The notes under the pieces were generated by a model. It was not told where the DNA came from. It saw only the letters and a list, made by a program, of their open reading frames with translations, and ran no database searches. A DNA stretch of 64,000 nt, taken from positions 704,001-768,000 of the forward strand of contig CAWFFN010000012.1 of the NCBI GenBank assembly GCA_963815115.1, in the 5' to 3' direction. This document shows positions 30,797 to 41,068 of the stretch, in pieces. The position numbers and the translations under genes were made by a program. How positions within the stretch are numbered: the stretch's first letter is position 1; the number at the start of each line of letters is the position of its first letter. The DNA comes from an uncultured delta proteobacterium. GTDB taxonomy: Bacteria > Desulfobacterota > Binatia > DP-6.

Positions 30797-33700
30797 ATGC
30801 TGGTCGTCACCCGAAGCAATCGCCTCGAGATGCTCGCGGACCGGCTGGTCGAGGGCCTTCGCGAGGCCCCCCCGCCGCCGCTCACCCCCGAGATCGTGGT
30901 GGTGCAGAGCAACGGCATGGCGCGCTGGCTCACCCTGTGCCTCGCCCGCGGCCTCGGCCTGAGCGCCAACGTCCGCTTCCTGCTGCCCGCGACCCACCTC
31001 TGGGAGATATTCCGGCTGCTCCTCGACGACGTGCCCGAGGCCTCGCCGCTCGAGCCGGCAGTCTCCGTCTGGCATCTGGTGTCGATCCTCGAAGCACTCG
31101 AGGAGACACCCCGTTTCGCGCCGCTACACGCCTACCGGGAGGGGACGGACGAGCGCGGCCGCTACGAGCTGGCGGCGCGACTCGCCGATCTGTTCGACCA
31201 GTACCTGGTCTACCGTCCCGGCTGGATCGCGCGCTGGGATGCGGGCGAGGACGACGGCTGGCAGGCCGAGCTGTGGCGCCGCCTGGCCCGCCGGACGGCG
31301 GCGCCTCATCGCGCGCGGGTCCAGGCCGCAGCGATGCGTGCCCTCGCGACGGGAGCGATCCGGGGGCAATTGCCCCGGCGGCTGGCGCTCTTCGGCATTC
31401 CGACCCTGCCGCCGGCGTACCTCGACGCCTTCCGGCGGCTCGCCGACCACGTCGAGGTGAACCTCTTCGTGCTCGACCCGTGCAGCGAGTACTGGGCGGA
31501 TCTGATCGCGGAGCGGGATCTGCCGCGGCGTGCGGGGCGGGCCGACGCGCGCGCGCTGCACCTCGAGACCGGCCCGCCGTTGCTCTCGTCGCTCGGGAAG
31601 CAGGGGCGGGACTTCCTGGATCTGGTGCTGGAGAGCGAGCCGCACCGGGACGACGCGGCATTCGCCTCACCCGGAGACGGCTGCCTGCTGTACACCCTCC
31701 AGTCGGACATGCTGACGCTGCGCAGGCGCGAGGGACGCCTCCCCGTCCGACCCGACGATCGGTCGCTCCAGGTCCACGTCTGTCACGGGCCCGTGCGCGA
31801 GCTCGAGGTGCTGCACGACCAGCTGCTCGGACTCTTCGAACGCCATCCCGACCTGACCCCCGCGGACGTCGTCGTGATGACGCCGGACATCGCGGCGTAC
31901 GCACCGGCGATCGAAGCGGTCTTCGGGGGTGCGCCGCTCGACCGTCGCATCCCGTTCACCATCGCCGACCGCGGCCTGCGTGCCGAGAGCACGCTGGTGG
32001 CCGCATTCCTCGAGCTGCTGGCGCTGCCCGGCAGCCGCTACGACGCGGGCCGGCTCCTGGCCTTGCTCGAGACGCCGGCGGTGTACCGTCGCTTCGGCTT
32101 CGCGGCCGCCGATCTCGATCTGGCGCGGCGGCTGGTGGCCGGGAGCGGCATCCGCTGGGGTGTCGACGCCGCCGCGCGCGCCCGCGCCGGGCTCCCGGGC
32201 ACCCCCGAGCACACCTGGCGCTTCGGCCTCGACCGGCTGCTGCTCGGCTTCGCGCTGGCGAGCGGCGAGCGGCGGCTGATCGGCGAGGTGCTGCCGTACG
32301 ACGCCGTCGAGGGCAGCGAGGCGCAGGTGCTCGGTCGCCTCGCGGGCTTCGTCGAGGCGGCGGCCGCGCTCGCCGAGACGCTCTCCGCGCCGCGGGCGGT
32401 GCCGGCGTGGTGTGCGACCCTGGCCGACGTGCTGGAGCGCTTCCTCGACCCCGACGACGCCGACGCCGAGGCGGCGCAGGCGGTGCGCGGCGCGCTCGAC
32501 CGCGTGGCCGACGATGCGACCCGGGCGGGCTTCGAGGCCGTCATCCCGCTCGACCTCGTCCGGGCCCTGCTGCACGCGGAGCTCGAACGTCCGGCGCCGA
32601 GGGGCCGCTTTCTCGCCGGCGGGGTCACCTGCTGCGCGCTGGTGCCGATGCGCAGCCTGCCGTTCGAGGTCGTCTGCCTGGTCGGGATGAACGACGGCAG
32701 CTTCCCGCGCTCGCGCCCGCCGCTCTCCTTCGACCTGATGGCCGCGCATCCCGAGCGCGGGGACCGCTCGCGGCGCGACGACGACCGCTATCTCTTCCTG
32801 GAGGCGCTGCTGTCCGCGCGCCGCTGTCTCTACCTGAGCTACGTCGGACGCAGCATCCGCGACAACGCGCCGATCCCGCCCTCGGTCGTGGTCAGCGAGC
32901 TGCTCGATGCCGTGCAACGCGGCTTCGACGGCGCGGACGTGGTGACCGAGCACCCGCTGCAGCCGTTCAGCCCGCGCTACTTCGCGAGCCCGCCCGAGCG
33001 CGGGCTGCTGAGCTACTCGGCGGAGCTGTGCCGGGCGAGCCAGGTGCGCCTCGGCGAGCCCGTGGCGGTGCGGCGGCTCCTCGAGGCACGGCTGCCCGAC
33101 GCCCCCGAGTGGCGCCGGGTCACCCTGCGCGACTTCCTCGACTTCTACGCCAATCCCACCGCCTTTCTCCTGCGCCGGCGGTTGCGGCTCCGGCTGGAGA
33201 AGGCGGCCGCGCCGGTCGAGAGCCGCGAGCCCTTCGTCCTGGGTGCCCTCGACGTGTACCGGCTGCGGAGCGAGCTCCTCGCCCTGCACTCCGAGGAGCA
33301 CGACCTGGGCGAGGTCCTGCCGCTGGTGCGGGCGCGCGGGCTCCTGCCGCACGGGAGGGTGGGAGAGGTCGAGCTCGCCCGCCAGCGCGCCGTGGTCGAG
33401 GACTTCGCCGCGCGCCTGGCCGCGATCGCTCCGGGCGAGGCGCTGGCGCCGCTGCCGGTCGATCTCACGCTCGGCCCGATCGTGCTCGAGGGGACGCTGC
33501 ACGGGGTGGCCCGTCACGGCCTCGTCGACTATCGCCTGGCCAAGGCGAAGCCGCGCGACCAGCTTCTCCTGTGGATCCGCCATCTGGTGATGCACCTGGT
33601 GGGGCCTCCCGAGGCTGCGCGGCGGAGCGTGTGGCTCGGGAACGATCGGGCCCTCGCCTTCGGAGCCGTCGACGACGCGCTCGTGGAGCTCACCCGGCTC

Positions 33701-33961
33701 GGGGCGCTCTTCCACGAGGGCATGCACCGCCTGCTGCCGCTCTTTCCGGCCACCTCGCTCAGATGGGTCGAGGAGGACCGCATGAAGCTGATCCGCGCGC
33801 GCGAGACCTGGGAGGGGACCGACTTCGTCGACGGCGAGGCCGACGAGCCGCACCTGACGTTCGCCTGGCGCGAGCAGGATCCGTTCGACGCCGAGTTCGA
33901 GACCCTCGCGCAGCAGGTCATGGGGCCGCTGGTGGCGCACCGGAGCGAGGAGAGCGCGTGA
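30797..33961 (+). CDS. recC: Exodeoxyribonuclease V gamma subunit
   Basis: SNRLEML, VVVQSNGMARWL, VHVCHGPVRELEVLHDQL, VMTPDI..YAP, PMRSLPF, DDRYLFLEALLSAR, HPLQPFS. Confidence 0.95.
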   Translation: MLVVTRSNRLEMLADRLVEGLREAPPPPLTPEIVVVQSNGMARWLTLCLARGLGLSANVRFLLPATHLWEIFRLLLDDVPEASPLEPAVSVWHLVSILEALEETPRFAPLHAYREGTDERGRYELAARLADLFDQYLVYRPGWIARWDAGEDDGWQAELWRRLARRTAAPHRARVQAAAMRALATGAIRGQLPRRLALFGIPTLPPAYLDAFRRLADHVEVNLFVLDPCSEYWADLIAERDLPRRAGRADARALHLETGPPLLSSLGKQGRDFLDLVLESEPHRDDAAFASPGDGCLLYTLQSDMLTLRRREGRLPVRPDDRSLQVHVCHGPVRELEVLHDQLLGLFERHPDLTPADVVVMTPDIAAYAPAIEAVFGGAPLDRRIPFTIADRGLRAESTLVAAFLELLALPGSRYDAGRLLALLETPAVYRRFGFAAADLDLARRLVAGSGIRWGVDAAARARAGLPGTPEHTWRFGLDRLLLGFALASGERRLIGEVLPYDAVEGSEAQVLGRLAGFVEAAAALAETLSAPRAVPAWCATLADVLERFLDPDDADAEAAQAVRGALDRVADDATRAGFEAVIPLDLVRALLHAELERPAPRGRFLAGGVTCCALVPMRSLPFEVVCLVGMNDGSFPRSRPPLSFDLMAAHPERGDRSRRDDDRYLFLEALLSARRCLYLSYVGRSIRDNAPIPPSVVVSELLDAVQRGFDGADVVTEHPLQPFSPRYFASPPERGLLSYSAELCRASQVRLGEPVAVRRLLEARLPDAPEWRRVTLRDFLDFYANPTAFLLRRRLRLRLEKAAAPVESREPFVLGALDVYRLRSELLALHSEEHDLGEVLPLVRARGLLPHGRVGEVELARQRAVVEDFAARLAAIAPGEALAPLPVDLTLGPIVLEGTLHGVARHGLVDYRLAKAKPRDQLLLWIRHLVMHLVGPPEAARRSVWLGNDRALAFGAVDDALVELTRLGALFHEGMHRLLPLFPATSLRWVEEDRMKLIRARETWEGTDFVDGEADEPHLTFAWREQDPFDAEFETLAQQVMGPLVAHRSEESA

Positions 33962-36900
33962 CCGCGACCGGCGTTCCGCGACCGCTCGACCTGCTCTCGG
34001 TGCCGTTGCGGGGCATGCAGGTGATCGAAGCCAGCGCGGGCACGGGCAAGACGCACACCATCACGCGGCTCTTCCTCCGCCTGGTGCTGGAAGCCGGGAT
34101 CCCCGTGGAGCGCATCCTCGTCGTCACCTACACGGTGGCCGCCACCGAGGAGCTGCGCGAGCGCATCCGCGCCCTCCTCGGCGCGGCCCTCGCGGCGCTG
34201 CGCGGCAACCAGGGGATCGACCCGCTGGTGGAAGAGCTCGCGGCACGCGTCTCGCACCGGGACGAGGCCGTACGCCGCGTGCAGCACTCGCTGTGGAACT
34301 TCGATCAGGCGGGCATCCACACCATCCACGGTTTCTGCCAGCGCGTGCTCGTCGACAGCGCCTTCGAGAGCGGCCTGCCGTTCGCCTGCGAGCTCCTGCC
34401 CGACGTGAGCGACCTCCTCCAGGAGATCGTGGACGACTTCTGGCGGGCGCGGCTGGTCGAGGCCCCGACGCTGTTCGTGCAGCACCTGCTCGACCGTCGG
34501 GCGAGTCCCGAGCTCCTCGCGGCCGCGGTGAGCCCGCACCTCGGCCGTCCGGATCTGCATCTCGTCTTCCCGGATGCGGTGCCGGACGAGGCGGCGCGCT
34601 ACGAAGCCTGTCGCGCGGCGTGGGGCACGCTCCGGGCGCAATGGCCGGCGGCGCGCTCCGCGGTCGAGGCGCTGCTGCTCGATCCCGGCTTGAAGCGCAA
34701 TCAGTACCCGCTCGAATCCGTCCCCACCTGGTTGCGGCGCATGGACGGCTACCTGCGCGCCGACCTTCCCGGGCTGCGGCCGTTCGCGCAGCTCCAGAAG
34801 CTCACCGCCGGGGTGGTCGGGCGCGCGTGGAAGAAGGGCGCGACCCCGCGCACGCACGCCGCGCTCGATGCGTGCGAGGCGTTCGCGCGGGCGCTCGAGC
34901 GTGCCGTCGAGGCCGCCGAGGTGCGCCTCAAGCGCCTCAAGGCGGAGCTCCTGCTCGCTGCCCGCCGCACGCTCGAGGTGCGCAAGCGCCGCGACCGTCT
35001 GCGCTCGTACGACGACCTGCTGCTCGGGCTGCGGCGCGCGCTCGAGGGTGCCGGCGGCGACGCGCTCGCCGAGCGGCTCCGCACGCGCTGGGCGGCCGCG
35101 CTGGTGGACGAGTTCCAGGACACCGACCCGGCACAGTACGAGATCGTGCGGCGCGTCTGGAGCCACGCCTCCCAGCCCGTCTTCCTGGTCGGCGATCCGA
35201 AGCAGGCCATCTATCGCTTCCGCGGCGCCGACGTCTACGCGTATCTCGCCGCCCGCGCCCACGCCGACGCGAGCCACGTGCTCGACGTCAACTGGCGCTC
35301 GGATCCCGGCCTCGTTGCCGCCGTCAACGCGGTCTTCGGGCGCGCGCGCAGGCCCTTCGTGCTGGACGCCATCCCGTTCTTTGCCGCACGCCCCGCGGCG
35401 ACGCCGCGCCAGGAGCTGGTGCTGGCGGGCGAGCCGCCAGAGCCGTTCCGGGTGTGGCTCCTCGACCGCGGCGGGGCGACCACCTTCATGCCGAAGAACG
35501 AGACCTCGCGGCGTGCCGCATCGGCGACGGCCGCGGAGATCGCGCGCCTGCTCCGGCTCGCCGACGACGGGGGCGCCCGCCTCGGCGACCGTGCGCTCGC
35601 CGGCGGGGACATCGCCGTGCTCGTCCGCAATCACCGCCAGGGCCGGCTCGTGCGGGACGCGCTCGCCCGGCTCGGCGTGCCCAGCGTGCAGCAGGCCGAG
35701 GACAGCGTGTTCGCGAGCCGGGAGGCGGACCAGCTGCGCCGCGTGCTGCTGGCCGTGGCCGAGCCGGGCCGCGACGACATCCTGCGCGCCGCGCTCGGCA
35801 CCGAGCTCCTCGGCGTGTCGGGCGAGGAGCTGGTGCGCCTGCTCGGGGTCGAGGCGGAGTGGACGGAGCGGGTGGAGTCCTTTCACGACTACCATCGCCT
35901 GTGGCGCGAGCACGGCTTCGCCCGCATGTTCCGCGGTCTCGTCACGGCGGAGCGCATCGCGCCGCGACTGCTCGCCCTCGCCGACGGCGAGCGGCGGCTC
36001 ACCAACCTGCTGCACCTCGGCGAGCTGCTGGCCGACGAGGCCGCGCGGCAGCCGCGCGGCCTCGAGGGGCTCGCGCAGTGGATGGCGTCGCGCGCGGCCG
36101 ATCCCCATCCCGAGAGCGAGGAGCAGCAGCTCCGGCTCGAGAGCGACGAGCACGTGGTGAAGATCGTCACCATCCACAAGAGCAAGGGGCTCCAGTACCC
36201 CATCGTGTTCTGCCCCTTCGTGTGGGATGGCCGGCTGTTCGCGGAGCGCGACCCCGACGTCGCCTGTCACGACGCGACCGCGGACGACCGAGCGACGCTC
36301 GAGGTCGAGGCGAGCCCGCGGAGCCCCCTCCGGGTCCAGGCCTGCCGCGAGGAGCTGGCCGAGGGCCTGCGTCTGCTCTACGTGGCGCTGACGCGCGCCC
36401 AGCACCGCTGCACGGTGGTGTGGGGTGCGGCAGGCGACTCCGCGACCTCGGCGCTGTTCTGGCTGCTGCACGCACCGGACGGAACGGAGCAGCCCGTGCC
36501 GTTGCGCGCGTGCCTGAAGGGCATGGACGACGCGGCGCTGCGAGGACACCTGGATGCGCTGATCGCGCGCAGCGCGGGCAGCATCCGGGTCGATCCCCTG
36601 CCGTCGGGTCGAGGCGAGCGCCACCGCCCGCGCGCGGCGGATGCCGCTTCGCTCGAGGCGCGCGCGCTGCTGCGGCCGGTGCCGGCAGGGTGGGGGCTGG
36701 CGAGCTTCTCGGCGCTCGCCGGCGAGCGCAGCGCGGAGGGGCCCGATCACGATGCCGGCGTCGCGCCCGCGCCCACCGACGAGGCGCCCGCCGAGCGGAG
36801 CGGATTCACCTTCCCGAGCGGCGCCCGCGCCGGCAGCTGCCTGCACGCCATCCTGGAGCGCCTCGACTTCGCCGACGCGGACGTCGCGCGGCGCCGCGAG

Positions 36901-37533
36901 ACGATCGCGCGCGAGCTGCGCCGCTTCGGCTTCGCCGCCGACTGGCTGCCGGCCGTCGAGGCGGTGATCGGCCGCGTCCTCGCGACCCCGCTCGACGAAG
37001 CCGGGCGCCTGCGCCTCGCCAACCTCCCCCGCGAGCGGCGGCTCGACGAGCTCGAGTTCGCCTATCCCCTGGCACGCTTCGACGTCGCCGGGCTGAGCGC
37101 GCTGCTTCGCGAGCAGCGCTTCACCGACGGGCCGCTCGGCGACGTGCTCGGCGCGCTCGGCTTCGCACCCGTCACCGGGTTCATGCGTGGCTTCATCGAC
37201 CTCGTGTTCGAGGCGGACGGACGCTACTGGCTCGCCGACTACAAGTCGAACTGGCTCGGGCCGGCGCTCGACGACTATGCCGCCGCGCGGCTGCCGGCGG
37301 TGATGGCGCGCGAGACCTACTGGCTGCAGTACCTGATCTACACGGTGGTGCTGCACCGCCTGCTCCGGCAGCGGCTTCCCGGATACGACTACGACGTCCA
37401 CGTGGGCGGCGTCCTCTACCTCTTCCTGCGCGGCATGGACCCGGCGCGCGGCGTGGCGTGCGGTGTCTTCCACGACCGTCCGGCGCGCGCCCTCGTGGAA
37501 GCGCTCGATCGCTGGATCGGGGAGGCACCATGA
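33958..37533 (+). CDS. recB: Exodeoxyribonuclease V beta subunit (helicase-nuclease)
   Basis: IEASAGTGKT, LVDEFQDTD, GDPKQAIYRFRGAD, TIHKSKGLQY, nuclease GFIDLVF...DYKSN. Confidence 0.95.
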   Translation: MTATGVPRPLDLLSVPLRGMQVIEASAGTGKTHTITRLFLRLVLEAGIPVERILVVTYTVAATEELRERIRALLGAALAALRGNQGIDPLVEELAARVSHRDEAVRRVQHSLWNFDQAGIHTIHGFCQRVLVDSAFESGLPFACELLPDVSDLLQEIVDDFWRARLVEAPTLFVQHLLDRRASPELLAAAVSPHLGRPDLHLVFPDAVPDEAARYEACRAAWGTLRAQWPAARSAVEALLLDPGLKRNQYPLESVPTWLRRMDGYLRADLPGLRPFAQLQKLTAGVVGRAWKKGATPRTHAALDACEAFARALERAVEAAEVRLKRLKAELLLAARRTLEVRKRRDRLRSYDDLLLGLRRALEGAGGDALAERLRTRWAAALVDEFQDTDPAQYEIVRRVWSHASQPVFLVGDPKQAIYRFRGADVYAYLAARAHADASHVLDVNWRSDPGLVAAVNAVFGRARRPFVLDAIPFFAARPAATPRQELVLAGEPPEPFRVWLLDRGGATTFMPKNETSRRAASATAAEIARLLRLADDGGARLGDRALAGGDIAVLVRNHRQGRLVRDALARLGVPSVQQAEDSVFASREADQLRRVLLAVAEPGRDDILRAALGTELLGVSGEELVRLLGVEAEWTERVESFHDYHRLWREHGFARMFRGLVTAERIAPRLLALADGERRLTNLLHLGELLADEAARQPRGLEGLAQWMASRAADPHPESEEQQLRLESDEHVVKIVTIHKSKGLQYPIVFCPFVWDGRLFAERDPDVACHDATADDRATLEVEASPRSPLRVQACREELAEGLRLLYVALTRAQHRCTVVWGAAGDSATSALFWLLHAPDGTEQPVPLRACLKGMDDAALRGHLDALIARSAGSIRVDPLPSGRGERHRPRAADAASLEARALLRPVPAGWGLASFSALAGERSAEGPDHDAGVAPAPTDEAPAERSGFTFPSGARAGSCLHAILERLDFADADVARRRETIARELRRFGFAADWLPAVEAVIGRVLATPLDEAGRLRLANLPRERRLDELEFAYPLARFDVAGLSALLREQRFTDGPLGDVLGALGFAPVTGFMRGFIDLVFEADGRYWLADYKSNWLGPALDDYAAARLPAVMARETYWLQYLIYTVVLHRLLRQRLPGYDYDVHVGGVLYLFLRGMDPARGVACGVFHDRPARALVEALDRWIGEAP

Positions 37534-39368
37534 CGGTGGTGGCGCAGCTCGCCGCGCTCCGCGACGCGGGCCATCTCACCGACCTCGACGTCCATCTCGC
37601 CGATCTCCTCGCCCGCCTCTCGGGCGGCGAGGTGCCGGAGCTCTCCCTCGCCGCCGCGCTCGTGAGTCACCGGACGGGCGAGGGCCACGTGTGCGCCGAC
37701 CTGACGGCGGCCGCCGGCCGGCCGCTCGTCGACGCGGCCGCCGATGCGCCGGTCGCGCCGGATCTCGCGTCCTGGACGGCGGCCTTGCGGGCGACGCCGG
37801 TGGTCGGCACCGCGGAGGACGACACCCCGCTCGTGCTCGATGCGGCGGGACGCCTCTACCTCCGGCGCTACTGGGCCTACGAACGCACGCTGGCCGACGA
37901 CCTCGCGGCGCGCGCGGTCGCGCAGCCCGCCGACGTCGACGAGGCACGGCTCCGCGCGGCGGCGGCGACCGTGCTCCCGCGCGCCCCCGGCGCCGCCGGC
38001 ACCGACTGGCAGCGCGTCGCCGCCGTCACCGCCGTCCTGCGGCGGCTGTGCGTCATCTCGGGCGGCCCCGGGACCGGCAAGACCAGCACCGTGGTGCGGC
38101 TCCTCGGCCTGCTCGCCGCGGCCGCGCGGGCGCCGTCGCGGGTCGTCCTCGCCGCGCCGACCGGCAAGGCGGCCGCGCGCCTCCAGGCGGCGGTGCGCGC
38201 CGGCCGTGCCGCCCTCCCGCTGCCCGACGACCTCCAGTCGGCGATCCCGGACCAGGCGTCCACGGTGCATCGCCTGCTCGGCGCGCGCCTGGACTCGCCC
38301 GCGGTGAGCCACGACGCGCGCAACCCGCTCGCGGCCGATCTGGTCGTCGTCGACGAGGCGTCGATGGTGGACCTCGCGCTCATGGCGAAGCTGGTGCGGG
38401 CGCTGCGGCCGGAGGCGCGGCTCGTGCTGCTCGGCGACAAGGACCAGCTGGCATCGGTCGAGGCGGGAGCCGTGCTGGGCGACGTGTGCGGCCCGGCGCC
38501 CGGATTCTCGCCGGAGTTCGCCGCCCGCGTCGCGCGCGTCACCGGGGAGTCGCTGCCGCCCGACGCTGGCGGCGGCGCGTCAGCACTGCGTGACGCGGTC
38601 GTGCTGCTGCGCGACAGCCGGCGCTTCCCGGCGTCGAGCGGCATCGCCCGTCTCGCCGGCGCGGTGAACCGTGGCGACGCCGAGGGTGCGCTCGCGGTGC
38701 TCGCCGCCGGTCACGACGACGTGGGGTGGCGGCCACTCGGAACGGGCGGCTGGCGGAACGCCTTCGTCGCCACCGCCGTGGAGGGCTTCGCCCCGTATCT
38801 CGAGCGCGTCCGCGCGGGTGCCGCCGCCGAAGCGGTGTTCGCCGCCTTCGCCGGCTTCCGCGTCCTGTGTGCCCATCGCCAGGGAGCCGCCGGGGTCGAG
38901 CGCGTGAACCGCCTCCTCGAGGACGCCCTCGCGACGCACCGTCTGATCCGGCCGCGCGGCCCATGGTATCCGGGCCGCCCGGTGATGGTCACCCGGAACG
39001 ACTACGCGCTCCGCATCTTCAACGGTGACGTCGGCATCGTCCATCCCGATCCCGACGCCCCTGGCGGCGTCCAGGTGGTCTTCGAGGGACCGGACGGCTC
39101 GCCACGGCCGGTGGCGCCGGCGCGGCTGCCGTCCCACGAGACCGTCTTCGCCATGACCGTTCACAAGAGCCAGGGCTCCGAGTTCGACCGCGTGCTCCTG
39201 CTGCTGCCGCCCGAGCCGTCCCGCGTGGTGACCCGCGAGCTGCTCTACACCGCGATCACCCGGGCACGGACCCGGGTCGACGTGTGGGCGAGCGAAGCGG
39301 CGCTGCGGGCGGCGGTCGCGAGGCGCATCGAGCGTTCGTCGGGGCTGCGCGACGCGCTCTGGGGCTGA
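37530..39368 (+). CDS. recD: Exodeoxyribonuclease V alpha subunit
   Basis: ISGGPGTGKT, AAPTGKAAARL, VVDEASMVD, LGDKDQLASVEAG, FAMTVHKSQGSEF, ELLYTAITRAR. Confidence 0.95.
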   Translation: MTVVAQLAALRDAGHLTDLDVHLADLLARLSGGEVPELSLAAALVSHRTGEGHVCADLTAAAGRPLVDAAADAPVAPDLASWTAALRATPVVGTAEDDTPLVLDAAGRLYLRRYWAYERTLADDLAARAVAQPADVDEARLRAAAATVLPRAPGAAGTDWQRVAAVTAVLRRLCVISGGPGTGKTSTVVRLLGLLAAAARAPSRVVLAAPTGKAAARLQAAVRAGRAALPLPDDLQSAIPDQASTVHRLLGARLDSPAVSHDARNPLAADLVVVDEASMVDLALMAKLVRALRPEARLVLLGDKDQLASVEAGAVLGDVCGPAPGFSPEFAARVARVTGESLPPDAGGGASALRDAVVLLRDSRRFPASSGIARLAGAVNRGDAEGALAVLAAGHDDVGWRPLGTGGWRNAFVATAVEGFAPYLERVRAGAAAEAVFAAFAGFRVLCAHRQGAAGVERVNRLLEDALATHRLIRPRGPWYPGRPVMVTRNDYALRIFNGDVGIVHPDPDAPGGVQVVFEGPDGSPRPVAPARLPSHETVFAMTVHKSQGSEFDRVLLLLPPEPSRVVTRELLYTAITRARTRVDVWASEAALRAAVARRIERSSGLRDALWG

Positions 39369-39411
39369 TCGCCGCTCGCCGCGCCCGACTTGCGTGTCGT
39401 GTTTGCGCCGC

Positions 39412-40935
39412 CTACTGCCCACTCGGCCGGCCGCGAATTCGGTAGCTGAAGCTCTTCTCGGCGCTGACCTGAGGAATGAAGACGGTCGCCTGCCAGTTAT
39501 CATTGATCTTGGCGGTGTCCGGCAACAGGTTCCTGACCTGAACCGTCTCGTGCAGGAGATCCAACGACTGCCCGACCGGTACGACGACCTCCGCTCCCGC
39601 GGGAAGCTGCAGGACGTGCGTGCACGTCTCGTCGGGCTTGCATTGCGGGCAGGGCGGGTTCTGCCCCGTCGCCTCACACCCCGCGTCGTTCGTGCAGCGC
39701 ACCGTGAACGTCTGCGAGCAGTGAGATTGGGTGAGGCAGATCTCGCCCGGGCTGCACGTGCTGCACCTCGCGAGGCTGCAGTCGCTGTTGGACTGACACG
39801 GCTGGCTCGTCGTCTGCGAGCAATGCAGCAGGTCGAACTGTGTCGTCTTGGTGTCCTTGACTCCGCCCACGTTGAGCGACGCCACGCAGCTGAGAACGTC
39901 TGCTCCCCGCAGCAGGAAGTTGCACGGCGGGAGTCCTCCCTCCGCGTGGCTCGCGTTCCGCAGTCGGACCGTGAGGTCGATCGTGCTCGCTCCAGGATTC
40001 GCCGGATCGTACGTGCTCCGCTTGGGGGACGGGATGACCTGTAGCTTGGGGTTGGCCGCACAGGTGCCGGTTCGGACCGTGATCTTGTCGCACAGGGAAC
40101 TGCCGTCCACGTAGCGCACCTCGACGGTCGGGAACGAGCGGCCGGCGCTCAGCAGGTCGAGCTCGTCGCAGGCGTCGAACTGCGGGAACTGGCCGCAGCT
40201 GTTGGCCTCGGACGTCTTCACCGATCCCTCTCCGTCGAAGAAGAACGTGCGGATGCCCTGGGGCGGCGCTGGATTCGGCTGCTGGATGATCTGGGCAGCT
40301 TCGATCGTCGCCGCGGACACGTCCACCCCGTTCGGCTTGCCGATTCCGTCCTCGAACTTTCCCTGCACGTCCAGTACGGAGATCGTGACTTCTCCATTGT
40401 GACCCCAGCCGATCCCGATCGTGGCACGCCCGAGCTTTCGTTTGCCGGCGGTCACCTGGAGCTTCACTTTGGTTGTCCCTCCACCGAACCGCTTCGACGT
40501 TTTGCTGGGGAGGACGTCGCAGGTCGGCGCCGCGAAGAACACCGTCGGCTCGTTGTAGAACCGCTGCTTGTCCTGGGTCAGGACGCACGCGTTGCCGAAC
40601 TCGGCGCACATGCCCGAGATCGTGGGGACTTCCCCGCCTGGCCCGAGGTCGAGATCCGCCCCGAGCAGACCCTGCGCGCTGGAAGAGAGCGACCAGCGGT
40701 ACACGAGGGGAACGCCTGCGGGTGCGTCCTGCACCGTTGCACGCAGCCTTGCGACGTAGAACGGGAGCATCGAGTCGTCGGTGATGGCGTGCAGCATCGA
40801 GCAGTCGGGGTTGGCGTTCTGGGAATAGAGCAGCTCGTTGCGGGACGCCGACGCGCTCACGGCCGCATGGCCGTATCCGACCGTAGCCCCGAGCGTGAGG
40901 ACGGTCGCCAGCGTGATCGCCAGGGCCGTTTTCAT
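39412..40935 (-). CDS. Secreted Cys-rich beta-rich hypothetical protein
   Basis: GGAGG RBS, signal peptide MKTALAITLATV...GHA, duplicated HCSQT-x3-C Cys module near the C-terminus. Confidence 0.75.
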   Translation of the reverse strand: MKTALAITLATVLTLGATVGYGHAAVSASASRNELLYSQNANPDCSMLHAITDDSMLPFYVARLRATVQDAPAGVPLVYRWSLSSSAQGLLGADLDLGPGGEVPTISGMCAEFGNACVLTQDKQRFYNEPTVFFAAPTCDVLPSKTSKRFGGGTTKVKLQVTAGKRKLGRATIGIGWGHNGEVTISVLDVQGKFEDGIGKPNGVDVSAATIEAAQIIQQPNPAPPQGIRTFFFDGEGSVKTSEANSCGQFPQFDACDELDLLSAGRSFPTVEVRYVDGSSLCDKITVRTGTCAANPKLQVIPSPKRSTYDPANPGASTIDLTVRLRNASHAEGGLPPCNFLLRGADVLSCVASLNVGGVKDTKTTQFDLLHCSQTTSQPCQSNSDCSLARCSTCSPGEICLTQSHCSQTFTVRCTNDAGCEATGQNPPCPQCKPDETCTHVLQLPAGAEVVVPVGQSLDLLHETVQVRNLLPDTAKINDNWQATVFIPQVSAEKSFSYRIRGRPSGQ

Positions 40936-41068
40936 CCCACCGCCTCCTCCCGCGTCACACGGCACGATGGAGCCGAATTTCCCTCCACGAGGACAACCGA
41001 GCGCCCCTTCCCCATTTTGGGATTGACCGGCGGGAAGGGTTCGGTAAGTCATCTGTCTCAGGATGGGA

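Noticed and set aside
30754-39368. Giant 2259-aa and 1691-aa ORFs suggesting RecB/RecD fusions
   Set aside because: Their N-terminal extensions are Arg/Pro/Ala-rich shadow frames over recC and recB. The real starts are 33958 and 37530, with 4-nt overlaps.
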